From NCBI RefSeq assembly GCF_964204645.1, contig NC_134030.1:12111947-12175946 (forward strand): 64,000 nt of DNA. The letters are read 5' to 3'. The DNA comes from Tubulanus polymorphus (lineage: Eukaryota > Animalia > Nemertea). The notes below the pieces were generated by a model. That model saw only the letters and a list, made by a program, of their open reading frames with translations, had not been told where the DNA came from and made no database searches. Below are positions 37,098-53,300 of this stretch, piece after piece (position 1 is the first letter of the stretch; every line of letters starts with the position of its first letter). A program made the translations under genes and the position numbers.

Positions 37098-38301
37098 TTA
37101 TAGATGTTTCGGAAATACATATACATGTACATGTACATGTTTACTAAGGGAATTATAACTCTGATGTTTTCTTTGTAAGGTTCTGTTCAGCTGTAGCGAG
37201 TGGATCATCAAAGTTAAGGTGGTACGGTGGGCAGAACCTTGTTTTTGATCTTAAAATAGGGAATTTCCCTGTTATTTATTTGGCTGGTAAATTTCGTTTG
37301 ATTTTTTGAGTTTTAAAGAACTTGGATATCGTGATTTATCGCAAACATTTAATTTCAATAATTTCATACTCGATACAAGAAACTATCGATTATAACGAAC
37401 AGATTTTCGAGTCTCCAGAAGTTCATCATAACAAGGTTCCACTTGAATATTCATGTTCTTAAAACCACATTGCATTTTACTCTGCTTTGTGGTCTCCACA
37501 CGGGAAATGGTTGAAGATCCTAAGTAATTCTCGGTGGAGGAACCGGTATCTACGGGCCAGGTCATCAAACTTCCCGGCATTGACGTGCGTGGTGAATCGC
37601 ACGAGTATTCGAGCTTCACTTAGCAAATCACAATTACTGATTGCTGGAACTATGCAGTTTCACTTTACATTAACTATATTCTACATTATTAAGCACAAAT
37701 TCAATCAATCTATTTCATTAATAGTGGTACAAGACTTAACTCCAGCTTCAGAGCTATCTGTGAAATCAATACGTGCCCCTCAATCAAGTTTGTAGTACAG
37801 AGGGTAAAAGAATCGAGGTAATGACGGGATTTAGCTAGTGATTCTAAAACAAGTGCAATCGGAAGTTGCCGCATTAATTTTCACCACTTACCAATATCAA
37901 TATCAAATCCACAAGTGCGAGATGGAATTTTGCCTAAATAACCAAGACTAGCAGCAGATGGATCATACTCGGAAATTCCCTGAGACAAAAATCAGAATGT
38001 GATAATAACCATTTCAACTCTGTAGCCATAAAATAACGATAATAATCATCATCAATTGATGCAAATGCAATCTCATAATTTCGCAATTCAGAACAATATC
38101 GTCACACAAACTAGAATGATTAAAAATAATCTGTTAGCTCCAGTCTAAGTTTTATGTATACGATAGTTATTACTCATATTCTATTGATAAAGAATATACA
38201 GTCCCACTATCAACGAATCAAAGATAACACAGCTTTCAAGTAAATAAATCATTCATCGTGTTCAGTATATTTAACTACCAATGACTGAAAAATGCATTAA
38301 G

Positions 38302-41300
38302 TTAATCATTTTCTATATCAAAATGTTGTTCGTGAAGCTTGCATAAGTTTTTTACTATTCTGAGTTCAATCTCAATTTCATTGTCAATTTCTGTCTGTGA
38401 TAAAACAATTGGTGTAATAGTATCCGTTTGGACTATTGTCACTTCTCTCTTCCTCCCTTCTAATATATTTCCTATCACAACCTGGAATTTAAAATAGCTT
38501 ATTCAAATTGCATGCTGAAAGCGATTATTCTGATATTCTCAACAGTTCTATTTACCTGATGCTGATATTTTTCTAAAGCTTGTTTAGACTTGCTTAACAA
38601 AAGTGAGGTATCAGTTTCTAACTGAAAAGCAAAGTTACTATAGATTTTTAAGTACAATAAACTACATTTATGTCGGATGTTTTGAGACAGCAAATACTTC
38701 GACTATGAGAAAGTTGGATTTTCAGGCTCTTATATGACCATGCACAAATACTGCTACCCAACGATGACTATACACAAAAACCAATGGCTTTTATGCTTAC
38801 CACAATCATAGAACATGTCATGAGCTACAATTTTGCAAATGATTGCATTTACAAAATGCACATAGGTACCAGACAAAACAGACAAATTGTATATCATTCA
38901 ATATTCAACTCCCCTGGTGGCCAAACAAAAAACTTCATGTGAGGAGATGTTATCCTATAGCAGTGCTAACAATTATCAAATATCAGGACAGTGAGGTAAA
39001 ACCTGTCAATATTTACATCAAAAAAACTTTTTCCATCTATGAATGAGGACTGATGACACAAGATGACAACATTTATTATGTTAAAGATCCTTTGAAAGTA
39101 TACCCATCACATATATCAATAAGAAATGACAAACCATTAGGGAGCTACAAGCTTTCTAGGGTAGATGCATCTTAACCAAAAATCAAGACAATCTTTTGAA
39201 GTATCTTCAAAACCTCCCAAATAATTGAATTCCATCTACTGATAGAGAAACGAATGGACAAAGTGCAAAAAGGGGTCATTCATTTATATGTATGCATTGA
39301 GGAGGGGTCAGTGCAATAGCGTACTGTATTGCCGAATGAATATCTCATGTATGCATGGTCTCAAGAAAAATCTTGAACACTCAATTTGCTCCAATGAAAC
39401 TTCAACTTCAATTTGAATGATTCTAAGCATTTCAACATTAGGAAAAATGAAAATACAAACCTTAAAAGAAACAACAAAGGCATTTCTTGCCCAGTCATGA
39501 ACCAAGGGTCCTAGCATTTTTGGCACCATTTGTAGGTGAATCTTAAGTGGTCCATCACTTGATTGAATTTTATGTTCTGGCTGAAAATGAAAATAAATAA
39601 ACATTCAAACTTATGTTTAACTAACTGATGAGCTGATAAACAACCACAATTAAACAAAGGGTCTTAGGGATGCACATTCCCACATGACTGGCAATTTCAA
39701 TATCCTATGCCCCTAACCGATTTTTAATCAAATATCAAGACAAGAGCTGTCGTCACACAAGTATTTTTGGCCCATTATGAACAATTCATACAGGTGCCAA
39801 ATGGGCTAGTGCTTGTTTGACCAAGAATCTCGGGCACATGCCAATTTGAGTACAGGTTCAGGCTTTTACCATATTTGCATAGTTTGTTGCTAGGTGCGCA
39901 TTAACGATCAGTGGCGGATCCAGACGGGGGCGCACGCAGCGCGTGCCCCCTTTTTTTTGCCTAGCATAGAATTTTTTCAAGCCACTTTATACATATAGAC
40001 TGGTTGCCTGTCAAACTCCTCAGCATGTCGTCGACCAGTCTTAATATGGGTGACCTTTCCGGGAGTTATATGGCGTAGTTCGTTTACATAATAATGGCGG
40101 AAAAGCAGATGAAAATTTCTTCACTCTTTGATAAACAAACAGATGCAAGTAAGTTAATATCAAGAAATTTCGTATTTGAATGCTCCATAAATTGAGGGAT
40201 TGTACTTGTTAAATTTTTCCATTCTTTCCAGAGACCTAAACCAATATAAATAGCCAACTATTCTCGTATTAGTGCTGATCGTGCTGCTACTACTACAGTA
40301 CTTTTGTACATCTATTAGGAGGGTTCCAGTCTAGGGTTAGAATTGTGTATTCTCGCTGAGCAGCAATAATTCTTTTTTCAATGTGTTCTAGTCGTTCATC
40401 TTTTTTTCTCATCCCAGCTCCATTGGGCGTATCAAAATCGGGTAAAGAAAGCGGATTAGGAAAGAAATGGATCAAACTCTGGAAGAGGATCAGATACCTG
40501 CTGGTAAGGAAACTTACATTTATTTCATATCTAAAATAAAATATCTCTCTTGATAGAGAAAAATATATAAATCTTATGAATTACTATTACAACTAGAATG
40601 TCGCTGAAGACGACTGATGCCCCAACATCAGTGTAAAATACACCGCGAGCGTATGTCGACCTAATCATGAAAGCAGGAAATGAAAAATGCAATAGGCTTC
40701 CGGTGACCTTGACCTTTGACCCATAGGACTTAATATCTAATTGGTCACTAACGGTCTCTAGGGGTAACCCATCCATAAAATTTCAAAAAGTTATCTTATA
40801 CCGTTTATGAATTAAGAGCCCAGAAATAAAAAATACAAAACAGCTCCTGGTGACCTGGACCTTTGACCTACAGGGCCCGAAATCTAATCAGTTACCCACG
40901 GTCTCTAGGATAACCCATCCATAGAATTTCATTTAGTTATCTTAACCCTTTGGTGCCGAGCGAGGCCATATGGCGTAGGTTGTAAAAAGTGTAATAGTGG
41001 CGGTCTACGCCATGGAGCATAGCTTCACAGCCCGCCATATAACCTCGTCCGGTGGTGACATCTAGCGGTTATTTTTGGCTTAATTTGTTACAGAGACATC
41101 AAACAATTGTATTAAAATGGCGTATTAAACGTCGTAGAAACATTTTCGAGAGATTTGCTGATGACCGTTCGTCATCAAATTCGGCAAGTTCTTCCGGAGA
41201 TGAGTCATTAGATAACGATCCTGATTTTGTTGACACGGCTGCAGATTTAACCGTATCTAATGAAGAATCAGCGTCAGAACATGGCGATAACACTAACAGC

Positions 41301-44300
41301 TCGTCATTGAAAGTGAAACTGGTCAGTTAAATGAACAGGCCCCCCATGAAATGAACAGGGCTGGGGATGGACCCCAGCAACCCCTTGGTGCTCAAATTGA
41401 ATTTTCGGATGAACTTTCCAATGATAACTGGACTAATGCAATAACTGTGCCTACTGATTTGAGGTTCAGAGTGGGGAATACAGGCCCAAACATTGATCTT
41501 AGTACAGTGAACTTAGCATCCGAGTACTTTGAAATTTTTTTCACAGATGCTGTTTACCAGTTTAAAGTAAACGAAACCAACCGTAATCAGGCTGCGAAAT
41601 TTGCATCGTCTCCAAACAAAAATGAAACGGCATGGAAAGATCTAACTGTCAATGAACTTTTTGAAAAGTTTTCTTGGCCTTATTATTGCAGTGAGCCTTG
41701 TGCAAATAAGGGGAAATATAAAACAAATATGAAGCAGACGCCACAACTTGACATATTGTCTGAATCTCGTGGATGTGTTCCCGCGTGACCGGTTCGTCCA
41801 AATCCTTCGATATCTCCATTTCTTTGATGAACGGCAAGCACCCGATAAAAACGATTTGCTTTATGATAAGTACTATAAAGTGCGTTACTTTGACTATTTT
41901 CCTCAAAGATTTCGTGAGGTTTATCAGCCACTGAGGCAATTATCAATCGACGAATCAATGATAAAATCGAAAGGCTGAACGCCAGGCCGAATTTTCAGGA
42001 AGAACAAGCCAATACGTTTTGGTCTCAAAGTGTTTATGCTTAGTGAAGCTAAGACAGGTTATGTTTGTAACATGCAGTTATCACAAGCTAACAGAACCAT
42101 TCCTGATGGGCAAAAACTGATCAGAACTGTTTTGGATACTGTGACGCCGAATGATAATCTCGGATACTAGATATTTATGGATAACTGGTTTTCCAGTTTA
42201 GAGGTATTCGTACGATTAGCAGATCGCAAATGGGAAGCATGTGGAACCCTGCGTGCCGCACGAGGTGGTCCGAAGCTGTTTACAGACAAAAAATCTGCCG
42301 TTACTAAAATAATGAAACCTGACGATTATGCGTTCTTGAAACACGAGACCCACGATATCGAGACCCACAATATTAGTTGGCGGCCGAAGTTTCCGTTCAT
42401 CAGGGCCTCAGTTCCGGATTCAGTTACTAGATCAAGCCATGGGAGTTCGCTTCAATTGAGGCCACGAACATGCTCCTGCTCTACAACCAACAAAATCACA
42501 TTGTAAGGTCCACAAGCAGAGGTGCGAAACCCGTTACATATGTGGAGTTTGCTGTGTACGAATGTGTCCAGATCCATGTTTCCGTCGCTGGCATTACGAA
42601 GAGGACTACTTAAATAATGATCCTGATAAAGCTGGCAAGCCAGCTGCATTGAAAAGACTAAGAAAAGACTAAGACAGTTAACTGTGGTGTTGTAAATAAG
42701 TTTAATCAACAAATTGAACTTTAAAAATTTGTTGTCTGATTGTATCCTATATTGGACGGTTGAATTACGGGATTCTGAATAATTTTTCAAAAATTCTAAA
42801 ATTGTTGTAATTTCTTTATTTTTTAATATTTTTCAGTAATTTTTGGAGGAGAGATCAAATACATGACAAGGATTCATATTATAAGGTTTTAGTCTATTTG
42901 AAAAATTTTCATGTATTCAGTGGTGGACATCATAATTTATACTAAGCAGAAAATTTTGGGTACTTTTCAAATGGCCCACCTTGGACCATAGACCCATATA
43001 GTGTAAGGCACTGTGTAAGGCACTGTAACACCTACTTCTACTAGGCCCAATTTTACCCGTATTTCTTATTCTAACGACACAACTCCAGTCACCAGCAGCA
43101 CCAGAACCTCCTCAGCTACACTACAACAAGGGACAACAATCGACTACAACAGCAACTGTTGCGGCCAATAGCAAGAATGTAAGAATACTACACGAGACTC
43201 GAGGCCTAGCAAAATTTGTCGAATATCAAGCAATCAAAACCCTGGCTGTCGGGAATTTTCCAGAAGGAATTTTTGAGACTCTAGAGGTGCCATAGGAAGG
43301 GATTTTTATGTATCATGCCAAGTAGAAGCTTTTGAAATTTTTTTACATCCAAGATGTTAGACTCATGCCAAAAGAAAAACAAGAACCCCAAGGGGCACTA
43401 TGGCCAGTAGCCAGTCAGCTTTTCATAAAATGGCAAATGATGGATGATGCATTCTGCGGGTTAAATTTGTCGAATTACACTCCCAGCCTAGAGTCAATAC
43501 CTAATAATTTTCACAATATAATCCTAGAATACAAAAGTAGCACAGACAGCGACTGGATCTGGCAGAACAAATACCTCAGATAAATCTTTTCCCCTGGTCT
43601 TATTGACTTTAATGCGGAATAGAATTGAATTTTCTGAAATTTGGTCAATTAAACAAAATTGAATTGGATTTGATGTTTTTATTTGTTCAATAAAGTAAAA
43701 TTGAATTGGATTTGATATTTTCTTAGCGAATAAAATTTGATTGAATTTGTAGTTCGAGCACATGGCTAATTAGCATATCAGGGTCATCTATCCGATTTAA
43801 GAAAAAGCTAATTTTCCCGGTATTTGCACAATGGTCAATGATATTTTCTGTAGTGCTGATAAAGATATTCCTCCCAAAAACCAAATCAACTAAAGCTTTC
43901 ACAGAAATCGATCTTGAAATACAATTTTAGATCTGAAAATAAAACCCGGAAGTAAAACGGTAGACGATACCGCGGGTTCACGTGAACACCTGCTGATTTT
44001 TTGCGGCTGAGCCAATCATAGAGGAGTCTTTGCTTTCTGATTGGCTTTTCAAAACCAATATTTTTGCAATCAGATATTCGCAAAAAAGCTCATATAAATT
44101 TTAACTAGGCCCTCTTTCAAAATTCAGCTATGTAGAGTTTGGAGAATGGATAATGCTCTAATGAATGATTTGTATGAATATATGCTCAGTTGCACAGTAA
44201 AAGTGCCTTTACTCTGGAAACCATGTCATTTAAATTCGCTCCATTTGTATAGTAATAGGCTCAGCCTACGACTGGCCTAAAAATTATGTACCTGCCATCA

Positions 44301-47300
44301 AGAATTAAATGCCTGTACTTGGTAGTGAAAGATCTGGCTGAATTTTTCTGTAGTCAGAACTTCTGTTTTCTTTGAATGTCTTGAAAAACCTGAATGTTGT
44401 CAGCTGTCGATTATGATGGAAATTAACCAATGTACAGAAATTTCAGTATCTATGAGTGCAAGTGAACGACGACACAAGTAGAGCAATATAAGACTACCAA
44501 TGACAAATGCAAATTACCAACATGCCATGGACATACTCCAACAAAGGTATGGGTTGCACCAAAAAGTTATAAATGCCTATATGTGAGCCTTATGTAATAT
44601 ACCGAAACCAATTCTACAACATTCCTTTTTTTGTAGGAAAAGCTACAAAGACACAAAAATTAAAGCGATTGAAGACAACATTGCCAACTACTTAAAATAT
44701 GTGCTAAATTTACCAGAAGGTGTAAATTTTGTCGCTAAGGTAATATATATGTACATGTACTTTGCTATGAAGAATGATTGATAAATTCAGTCTAGTATTC
44801 TCGCTTGCCAGGGTTTAATTGCCACACGCTGAAGCTATCGCCAACACAAACCCTGGCCGCAAACCAAGCCATTTATGATCTAGTAAAAAGGTATATCACG
44901 AGATAGATAGTAGGAGCCGCATTGAAGTTTCTCTACCTTAAACCTGGATTTTCTCTGAAAATTGGTTTTGGTGAGGAGCTTGCATAAACTGGTATGTTTG
45001 AGGATAGTTTTGGGGCTCTAATGAACTCCCACTACTTTATGAGCAGAACTGTTGCTGTATAAAACATTTATGAATTTCGATATTTTCGTTAATAAATTGT
45101 CTAAATCAGTGCGCCGTATACACAGCTGATATGGTGATCACTCATCATGCTTGGAAAATTCGCGTGTGAATTGTGCAAACTGTATACATTATGAGTGGTC
45201 AAAATTAAAAAAACCCGACGAAGGAGCAAACTGCTCGAACTGTAACAGAATAGAAAAACTTACTCCAAGAAGTATTAAAAAATGTCAGTGTACTACCAGA
45301 ACTGAATACCAAAGTGGATATATTATCTGATTCTATAGCTTCTATCCGAGTCGCCAATGTGAAGGGTGACCTTCAGGCCAACAAAACAGCATCAAATGCA
45401 TAGGACGAAATTAGGAGAAATCTGCAAAAAGCAGTCGAAATAGCAAGTACAGCCTCTGAAACTACAAAGAAAAATGCTGAAAAAATAAACTCCCGGTATG
45501 CAGTTGCACAGTCGTGACTTATGTACAAAAGTGGTCTTAAATCTTAAGACTGGTCTTAAATTGTTAGATTGGCAATAGAACTGAGTTTGTCTTATGTCCC
45601 TAAAAATAGATGGCCCTGATAACCATTCCAGAGGGTTCACAGACTCTACAGGAAAACGGTTGAAGAGAACGGTCCATTATAGCCTGGTTTGTCAATTATT
45701 CCGACGGTGAGTGTGTTAGGCGAAACGCCTTCAAACTTAAAAACAGTGGAATATCAAGTGAAGACCATAGCCGAGAAACAGCCACCAAGATTCGCGAAAA
45801 AGTTACCAATTAAAAAGGCAGCAATTAAAGCAGGGCACAAAGCCTACTTTAATTGGCACGGAAATCTATTCGTAGATAACAAACCATATAGAGGAAACGG
45901 TAGTGACTTTGAATTGGCTGCTGACATGAGGAAACGGAACGAGGATAGCACACCAACTAAAGGGGTGTTTACGCGCTGCGCAGGATCCTGTACGTTTCGG
46001 AGACCCTGAACTATGCTCAACAAAATCCAGTCACAATATGCCATAGAAACCTGTGTCCTCCAAACCTGACCCAAAATGCCCACGTATATCCTCACCGGAG
46101 GATGGCGACGCACTGCACCAACAACGACAGCTATTTAACCTGAACTTACCATTGAGCGGTGTATTGTCTGACATTCGTTGCGTCTTAGAAATGGACTCTA
46201 GTATAACCGCAACCGAAAACAACCAAGAATAGGATATAAACTTATTGATTCTAATTTTTATTTTCTGTATTTTTTTTAATCAAGTCACATTTATGGTAAC
46301 AATTGGTATGGTACTCTAGTATAACCGCAACCGAAAACAACCAAGAATAGGATAAATAAACTTATTGATTCTAATTTTTATTTTCTGTATTTTTTTGAAT
46401 CAAGTCACATTTATGGTAACAATTTTGAATTTCAAATTCGTCGTTCATTCACATGCACTAGTGATAATGTGATTTACTGCATTCTTTGCCTTCGATGTAT
46501 CATGAAATACATCGGTGAAACATCCCGTCGACTAGGTGATCGTTTCAGAGAACATTTGCGCCTTATTCGGAAAAACATCCCCTCTAATCCCATTAGTAAA
46601 CATTTCAACTCCAACGGTCATGATATTAATGATATAACAGTAATGGCTCTAATAACAATTGATAACACACATAAACGAAGAATTAAAGAATCCCAGCTCA
46701 TGGAAAACCTAGGAACCCTACGACCATATGGTTTAAATCAGGAAGACGATACATATAAACGGTCATAAATGTATTTATCCAAATGTGAAAATTGAATGTA
46801 TTAAATTTGTTCTGATTTATCATATCTCGTAACTATGGACATGTGTTTCCATGGAAGTCTATGTAACTGATAACTGTAGCTGTTTGTTGCTGTACCGAAG
46901 AAGGCTTAATGGCCGAAATATCTACAACTAAAGATAATATAACAAGATGCACCTAACTATTACTTGCCTGTTACTTATTATATTACTATTACGGTGCGGG
47001 AGACAGACTCACTACAATACTTCAAGAATAGGATGCAAGCTTAGAACAAGACATTAGCATAGTTAAATTCAATGTGTGTGGTTTGAAAGTAAAGAGTTTG
47101 TAAAAGAATTTCATGATTTTGTAAGATCATATGATATTCTCATCTTGACTGAGACCAAACTGGATGACACCAAACAAGATTGGGAGAATAATTGTTTTAT
47201 CAGTTTAGGATACCACCTAATCACCAATAATCGTGAAAAAATTTCTAGGTTCCAGTCAGGAGGAAAAGCAATAGTGATTAGAAGTTGCTTTGCAAACAAA

Positions 47301-50300
47301 ATTATAAGAACAGGAAAAACAAGCAATTTAATACTTTGGCTTAGCCTCGATAATCTATTGATCGCAGGTATATAATTACCCCCGGAGACTAGCAGGAAGT
47401 ACGGTGGCACACAATGTTTAGAAGAACTACATGCAGAAATTATTTCTCACATAAAGCAAACGAGGAATACCTATGTCTCTGCGGGGATTTAAATGCTTAA
47501 ACTGGTGCCCTACCTGATTATAACACATTTGATTATGACCGAATATATTTGCTCAATTTCTCAAACCCAACTAATTTCTTTTAGATGTCAGATGTTGTTG
47601 AAGAGAAAATATCAAAAATAAGTGACAAAATCACATGCTCTGAAAACAAAATCGTTGAGCTGAACTTTCGCTGTATCAATCCAGCAAGTGTAATCCACAA
47701 AATTTAGCCTCGGGGTTTTAGGGAGAACTGCTGAGGGACATGATACTTCTTCATACTGAAGTCCATAAAAATGTTACCAAACTAAAATCACAGATATCAA
47801 GACATTTCGAGTGGCGATGATGCATATCTATCACAGGCGCTCGATACATTTCAAGAAAACAATGATGCAACTGACAATAACAATGCAGTTATGGTGGATG
47901 AAGATGAAGCTATGAAAACATTACATTAAACGGCCCACAATAAAACATATAATATCACAAAGATGAACTCTATAAAATAACCAATATATAGTGAAATGTA
48001 GTCCTTTTGATTAAAATAATTTTGGTTTGGTTATTAACTGCAGGTTTGAGTTTTTTAACTGATAATACACACTAATATAGAGGTGAGGTTTTGTCAGTAC
48101 AAAATATTCTATCTAATGCATGAATAACGTGCCATTAATTTTGGTCTCATTAAATCAGTGGAAGAACTGAAAGTTGAGCAGAAGTACATGCAATGGCAGC
48201 TTGAAAGAGTGCTCCAAAATATGAATGTCGAGGAGCAAGATTCATCATTGCCTGACGGCTGCTTGTTACCAGCGTCATCGTTAGATGATATTGCCTTTAA
48301 TGAAGCTTTACTGGCCGATCAGAAAGTGAGGACAGCTAACAATCTTAATGTTCATAAATTGCAAATGTATTTCATGCCAGTGATATGTGGATTCTTCTAC
48401 CAAAATGATGTTTAATTTTGGATAGTAAGCCCGATATCACACTATTTCAATAAGATTAATTCAATTATTACATGAATCATATGATACATGTACAATGCAT
48501 ATTCATTTTAGCTAAATGCTTCTGGTGTTTTACAGGCTTCCTATTTAAGTATATATGATGGTGTGGATATAAAAGAAACAGTACGCCGAATAATGGACAT
48601 CGTGACACACCGTCTTCCTTAAATACAACCGGACGGGAACATATATCAAACAGGAATTTGGAAGGCTGAACCTTTTTCATGCAATATGTAGTAAGTACAT
48701 GTATATTACAATTTTGATTTTCAGTTGATCAAAACTGCCTCAGTAACGCGCTTTTTCGTGCATTTATTTTCTTAGCTATGTATTGCCAATTTTCAGTCAT
48801 TTTTGCATCCTGAACATTATCTTATATTCACGTAAATTGCTTTTTACATAGTAGACTAACCTCTTTTCTTTCACTCAGAGATACCAGAGGGCCTTCAGCA
48901 AATCCGCGGAAATTTCTGATGTTACAAGAAGTATAGAAAATTGAAAAGTCAGTATCACAGCAAAGCACCAACGAAGTGGGTGCCCGAGCGCGGGGGAGCT
49001 TGAAGCTAGAGAATTTTAGATTTTTTCCATCCAAGAGAGTGGTTTTCCATGAAGATACTGTATTTTTGCAACTGCATTACCGGCTTTTTTTAATCTATTA
49101 TGTCACACCATGGGGCTGCCATCTTGATTTTCGCGTTAGTCTTGTGAGTTAGAAAATGAGATGGTTCGAATCCCATCAACGTTGAATGAGATATCAATCC
49201 GGATAATGCGGTGAATTCCTTGAAATAGAGTGTAAATGGAAGAATAGTGGAAAACGACTGTGGTAACCGCTAATAGACTGGTTGCCTGTCAAATTCCGAG
49301 TATAGACTGGTTGCCTGTCTAACATTGAATTGTCTAAACGCACGTGTATCTTCTTAACCGTACGGCGCCACTATCCGCTTTCACACCACCTCGCCTTCTA
49401 TAGTGCACTATTGATTTTTTGAATGTTAACGTTAGAACAACGAACACGCTTATGATAGCGGCACCAAGTGAGCATCGTCATTCTTTAGCCATCATCGCTA
49501 AGAATAACGATTCTTTAGCCATCATCGCTAAGAATAACGATGCTGTAATAGCGAATTGGAAGAGCTCACCCTACCCCCCCCCCTTTATTTTTACATCAAA
49601 TTTACATTGATCTCGGAGACTACAGAATCGCGAGCAAAACAGCTGACATCCGCTGATCCGCAGAACTCTGGGATCCCTGTTCAATAAATTTGCCTTTTCA
49701 GGGCTGTCAGATCTAATCCGTCTCTCTCACTCTCCGAGACAAGTCATCTCTGGCATTCTCTTTTTCAATTACAAGGAACCGACCCCGACGAAAATATTAA
49801 AAATGGATGTGAAAAGGATTCACAGCGCAGAGAAGTGTTTTGATTTGTGGAAAAACAATTATGTCAAAGAAATTTGACTTGTATCATTCTTGCCATCTCA
49901 GTCACCACTGCCCATGTTGAGAGAATGTTCTCATTTGTAAAAAGTATCATGGGAGATTGGCGTAATCGTTTGAATCAGAGCTGTGAATCCCTCAAAATTG
50001 AGGGACAGAGATCGTCATTTTTCGGGACAGCCATGAATTTCAGCATTTCAGCTTTTTTACTTAAATTATGCAGTTATCTTGTGATCAGGTGAAGAGAGCT
50101 GCATCATGAATGAAAGTTTCTTAAAATTCACCGACAGGAAATCTAACTCAATGCGTGGAAAAGTTTAGTACCGACTGCTAGTGCCACAGTGTTCACTTGC
50201 CATACTATATCATGCCTAGAGTACCAACTTTTTACTGTTTTTAAGCCTCAGCATGAAAAAAGTTTGATATGTTTTTAATAGTTATCATATTATCAGACCA

Positions 50301-53300
50301 TTATTCATACAATCAATGTTTTAGAAAGACATCTTTATCTTTTTTGCATACTGCTAAACCAAAATCCTCAGGCAAAAATCCAACAATTATGGTGTTTTGG
50401 TATTTTGGTGTTTTCAATATCATCTGCGCCTCACAAAAAAAAATCTTTCAAAAACTTTCTTCATGATGGTCCAAATATCAAAATATACATTACTTCAGCA
50501 TCTAGTATGAAGTAAACCAGGCTAAAAACTGGATGCCTTGTTTGTTCAGAAACTTGTTTGAGTAGACCCGACACTACACAGACAGATACAATTTGGCCTG
50601 TAACCTTTTTCAAGGGGATGGCGATGTGATATGAACTCGTTTGAGTACACTTAGTGCTAGGTAGAAGAGCTAAAATCAATGGAAGTCATACACTTTGCAA
50701 ACCAATCCATGCAATTTCTATTTTTGAATTTTACGAACTATTTCTGTGATATGACAAAAGATTGCTAATTGCCTATTTATCTATGTTAACGGTGCTTTTT
50801 TCTTGCCAAAAAAGGGAACTAACACCCTGAAAACCGTACGATTAGCTCCAAACTCCACCTAAACAGAGCCTTTCATAAGGGCAAATACCGCATGGACAAT
50901 TCCTGATGGATCCAATATTTGGGAAGTCAAACTGAGGCCGACCCAATACTGTGCTGCCTTTTTGTGGACTGTTATGGTCATTAGTGAATACAGAATCAGT
51001 GTAATACGTTTGTCTACACCTCTCGCCATTATAGTAGCCAGTTGTCCGGTCCGGTGTCCTATCTGTGATTTAGTGTTACCGGGGCTGCTGTGTTTTAGTA
51101 ATTTCCGGTCGCGTGGGTTGTCGCCGCCGCGCTCCGATGTTCTTTATCAATTTTCGCAGGTCTTAGGGCTTCACTGTCGGTAAGTTTACGTTTATTTTAT
51201 AGTACTTAATATTGCGACTTACTATGACGGTTGTTTCATTTTTATATCTGTAATTTTAGCGATGTTACTTAAGTCTAAAGTTTTGATACAATTTTTCCCT
51301 TGCATGCCACAGTATGTTTCATGTACCACCTGCACCAGGTTCTGACGTGCTTTAGTCGTTTCTAGTAAAAGACTCGTATTCATACTTTTTGGTACAGTGT
51401 GTTAGTGTATTTTTTATATTTTTAGTCAATCGTTTTGACCGTGTCCGTTTCGTGTCGCTGATTTAAGAATAAGAATAAATGCATGTGATGAACAACTGTA
51501 GCCCAAAGACTCGTCGTTCGTGTTTTAAGTAGTTCTGAACCGGTTTTGGAGATTTCCCAACCTTCAATCAGTGCCATGTCGCCATTGACTGCGTTTCCAA
51601 TTCCATAATTCAGATGAGACCATGCCTTTAATTGCCCAGGATCATACTGTCCTCTTGGTGACACGATAGAAATTTTGTAAAATAGCCTCAGTCCCACTTA
51701 TTATGTACTTACTGGATGGATTCCTTGCGATTCACAGAATGCAATTAAACTAGTTAATATTTACAGCTATACTTGAAAGAGGCTAGTGGAATTTGTGTCA
51801 GTCTCCAAATTACTTATATGACTAGAAAAGCTTTTCTTGCAACGTTTCACTTCCTGAATCAATTTTTTCTCACAGTTTTGTCTTTATGGAAGCGATTTCG
51901 ACCGTTAATATTGCATTTAGGAAGACAACATTGCACTTGCATGACATGAGATCAGTAGAAAATCCTGGCATATTGCATGTATAAAGCAAACAAGTAGGAT
52001 AACAGCACTTCTGGGTTAATGGCACGACAGCTCTAATTGAACCGTTGCGTTCTCTCCATATGCAAACCGATGGTTTGGGTCGTATTTTCGGTTAAAGATG
52101 GCCAAGTTCTCATCCCTATTATGAATATTTTGAATGGAACTAAAGCAACATCAAGCAATATGTTAAAGGTACATGTTCATTCCATTTTTAAAAAGCTCCA
52201 TCATTGTCAAATATTCATTTGTCGGCTTCTCCAGATTCAAATTCATGTATTAATTCGCCACTTTATTCATTGATAGGAAATGAAAACTTAAACAAAGGCC
52301 AAAAAGAGGAACTTGGCGATCTTTTGAATTCATTTTCAGGTATTTTTGGTAAAACATCGGCGGTTAAAAACTACTTGAATGTCAATGGACATCCTCCACT
52401 AACGCAACAGCCCTACCACAAATCCCCTCCCATGCAGAAAGTCGAGCAACAGCTAGAAAGTGAAATCCTAGATGATGAGGTTATTAGAGTAACAGTCCAT
52501 GGGTATCTTCAAGAATCCTAGTTCCGAAACCCAATGGGTCATAAAGTTCTTAGGCTCAACGATGTCACCGTCAAGGATTTTTATCCTCTTCCAAGCCTAA
52601 GGCAGATAGATGTGATAAGTGTGTAGAGTATGAACAGCCAAAAACAGCAGCCTCACTGATGCCCTTCAGAAGTCTCAACAAGTGCACTGGGCTGTAAAGG
52701 ATGCCATGCATAAAAAGGCTAACTGAACCATTTACGAAGAGAAGTTTGTCATTTTGTTTGACCTACAAAATGTTATCACCTTTCCCAAGACTGAAATTAG
52801 CTCTTTCTACTAGATGAGGAAGTTAGACGTGTGTAATCTTAAGGGTAATGATTCAATTTCTAAAACTAGCGACGATGCAGTGGGTGTGAGGCTACAAGTG
52901 GGAGGTCTGGCAATGACATAGCGAGTGCTGTCATTAAAATACTTGAAAGGCTTGTGCTTGAACATCAAGAGGTCGAACAATAACCCCATGGAATGACGTT
53001 GTGTCCCTCAAAACAGAAACAGCGCAATTTTGGCAGAGTATTTCAGCAACCGAGAAAAAAGCCACCCAACAAAGCCTTGCCGAGTCTGTACCGCAAAAAA
53101 AGTACGCAAGGAGACACGATTCTACTGTGTGGAATGTAATGTCAAGCCCGCCCTTTGTGTTGGTCAATGTTTCAAAGAATATCATGAAAATCAGTAGAAA
53201 ACAAATTGTGACTACTGGACTATTGTAATCTTTGTACTGGCATTAGTTCATTTGTAATGACAAAAGTCAAGTTTGTCAAACAAATAAAATTTGAGTTATT

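Noticed and set aside
13215-38481. LRR-GPCR-UT-CD38-PPCS as an operon-like pathway
   Set aside because: Alternating strands and unrelated pathways; no sequence evidence of functional coupling without synteny or expression data.
51422-51697. Minus-strand 91-aa ORF inside the PPCS intron (potential exception to the polarity)
   Set aside because: No recognisable motif on either strand, so it was left unassigned and not counted; it should be included in a formal orientation test.
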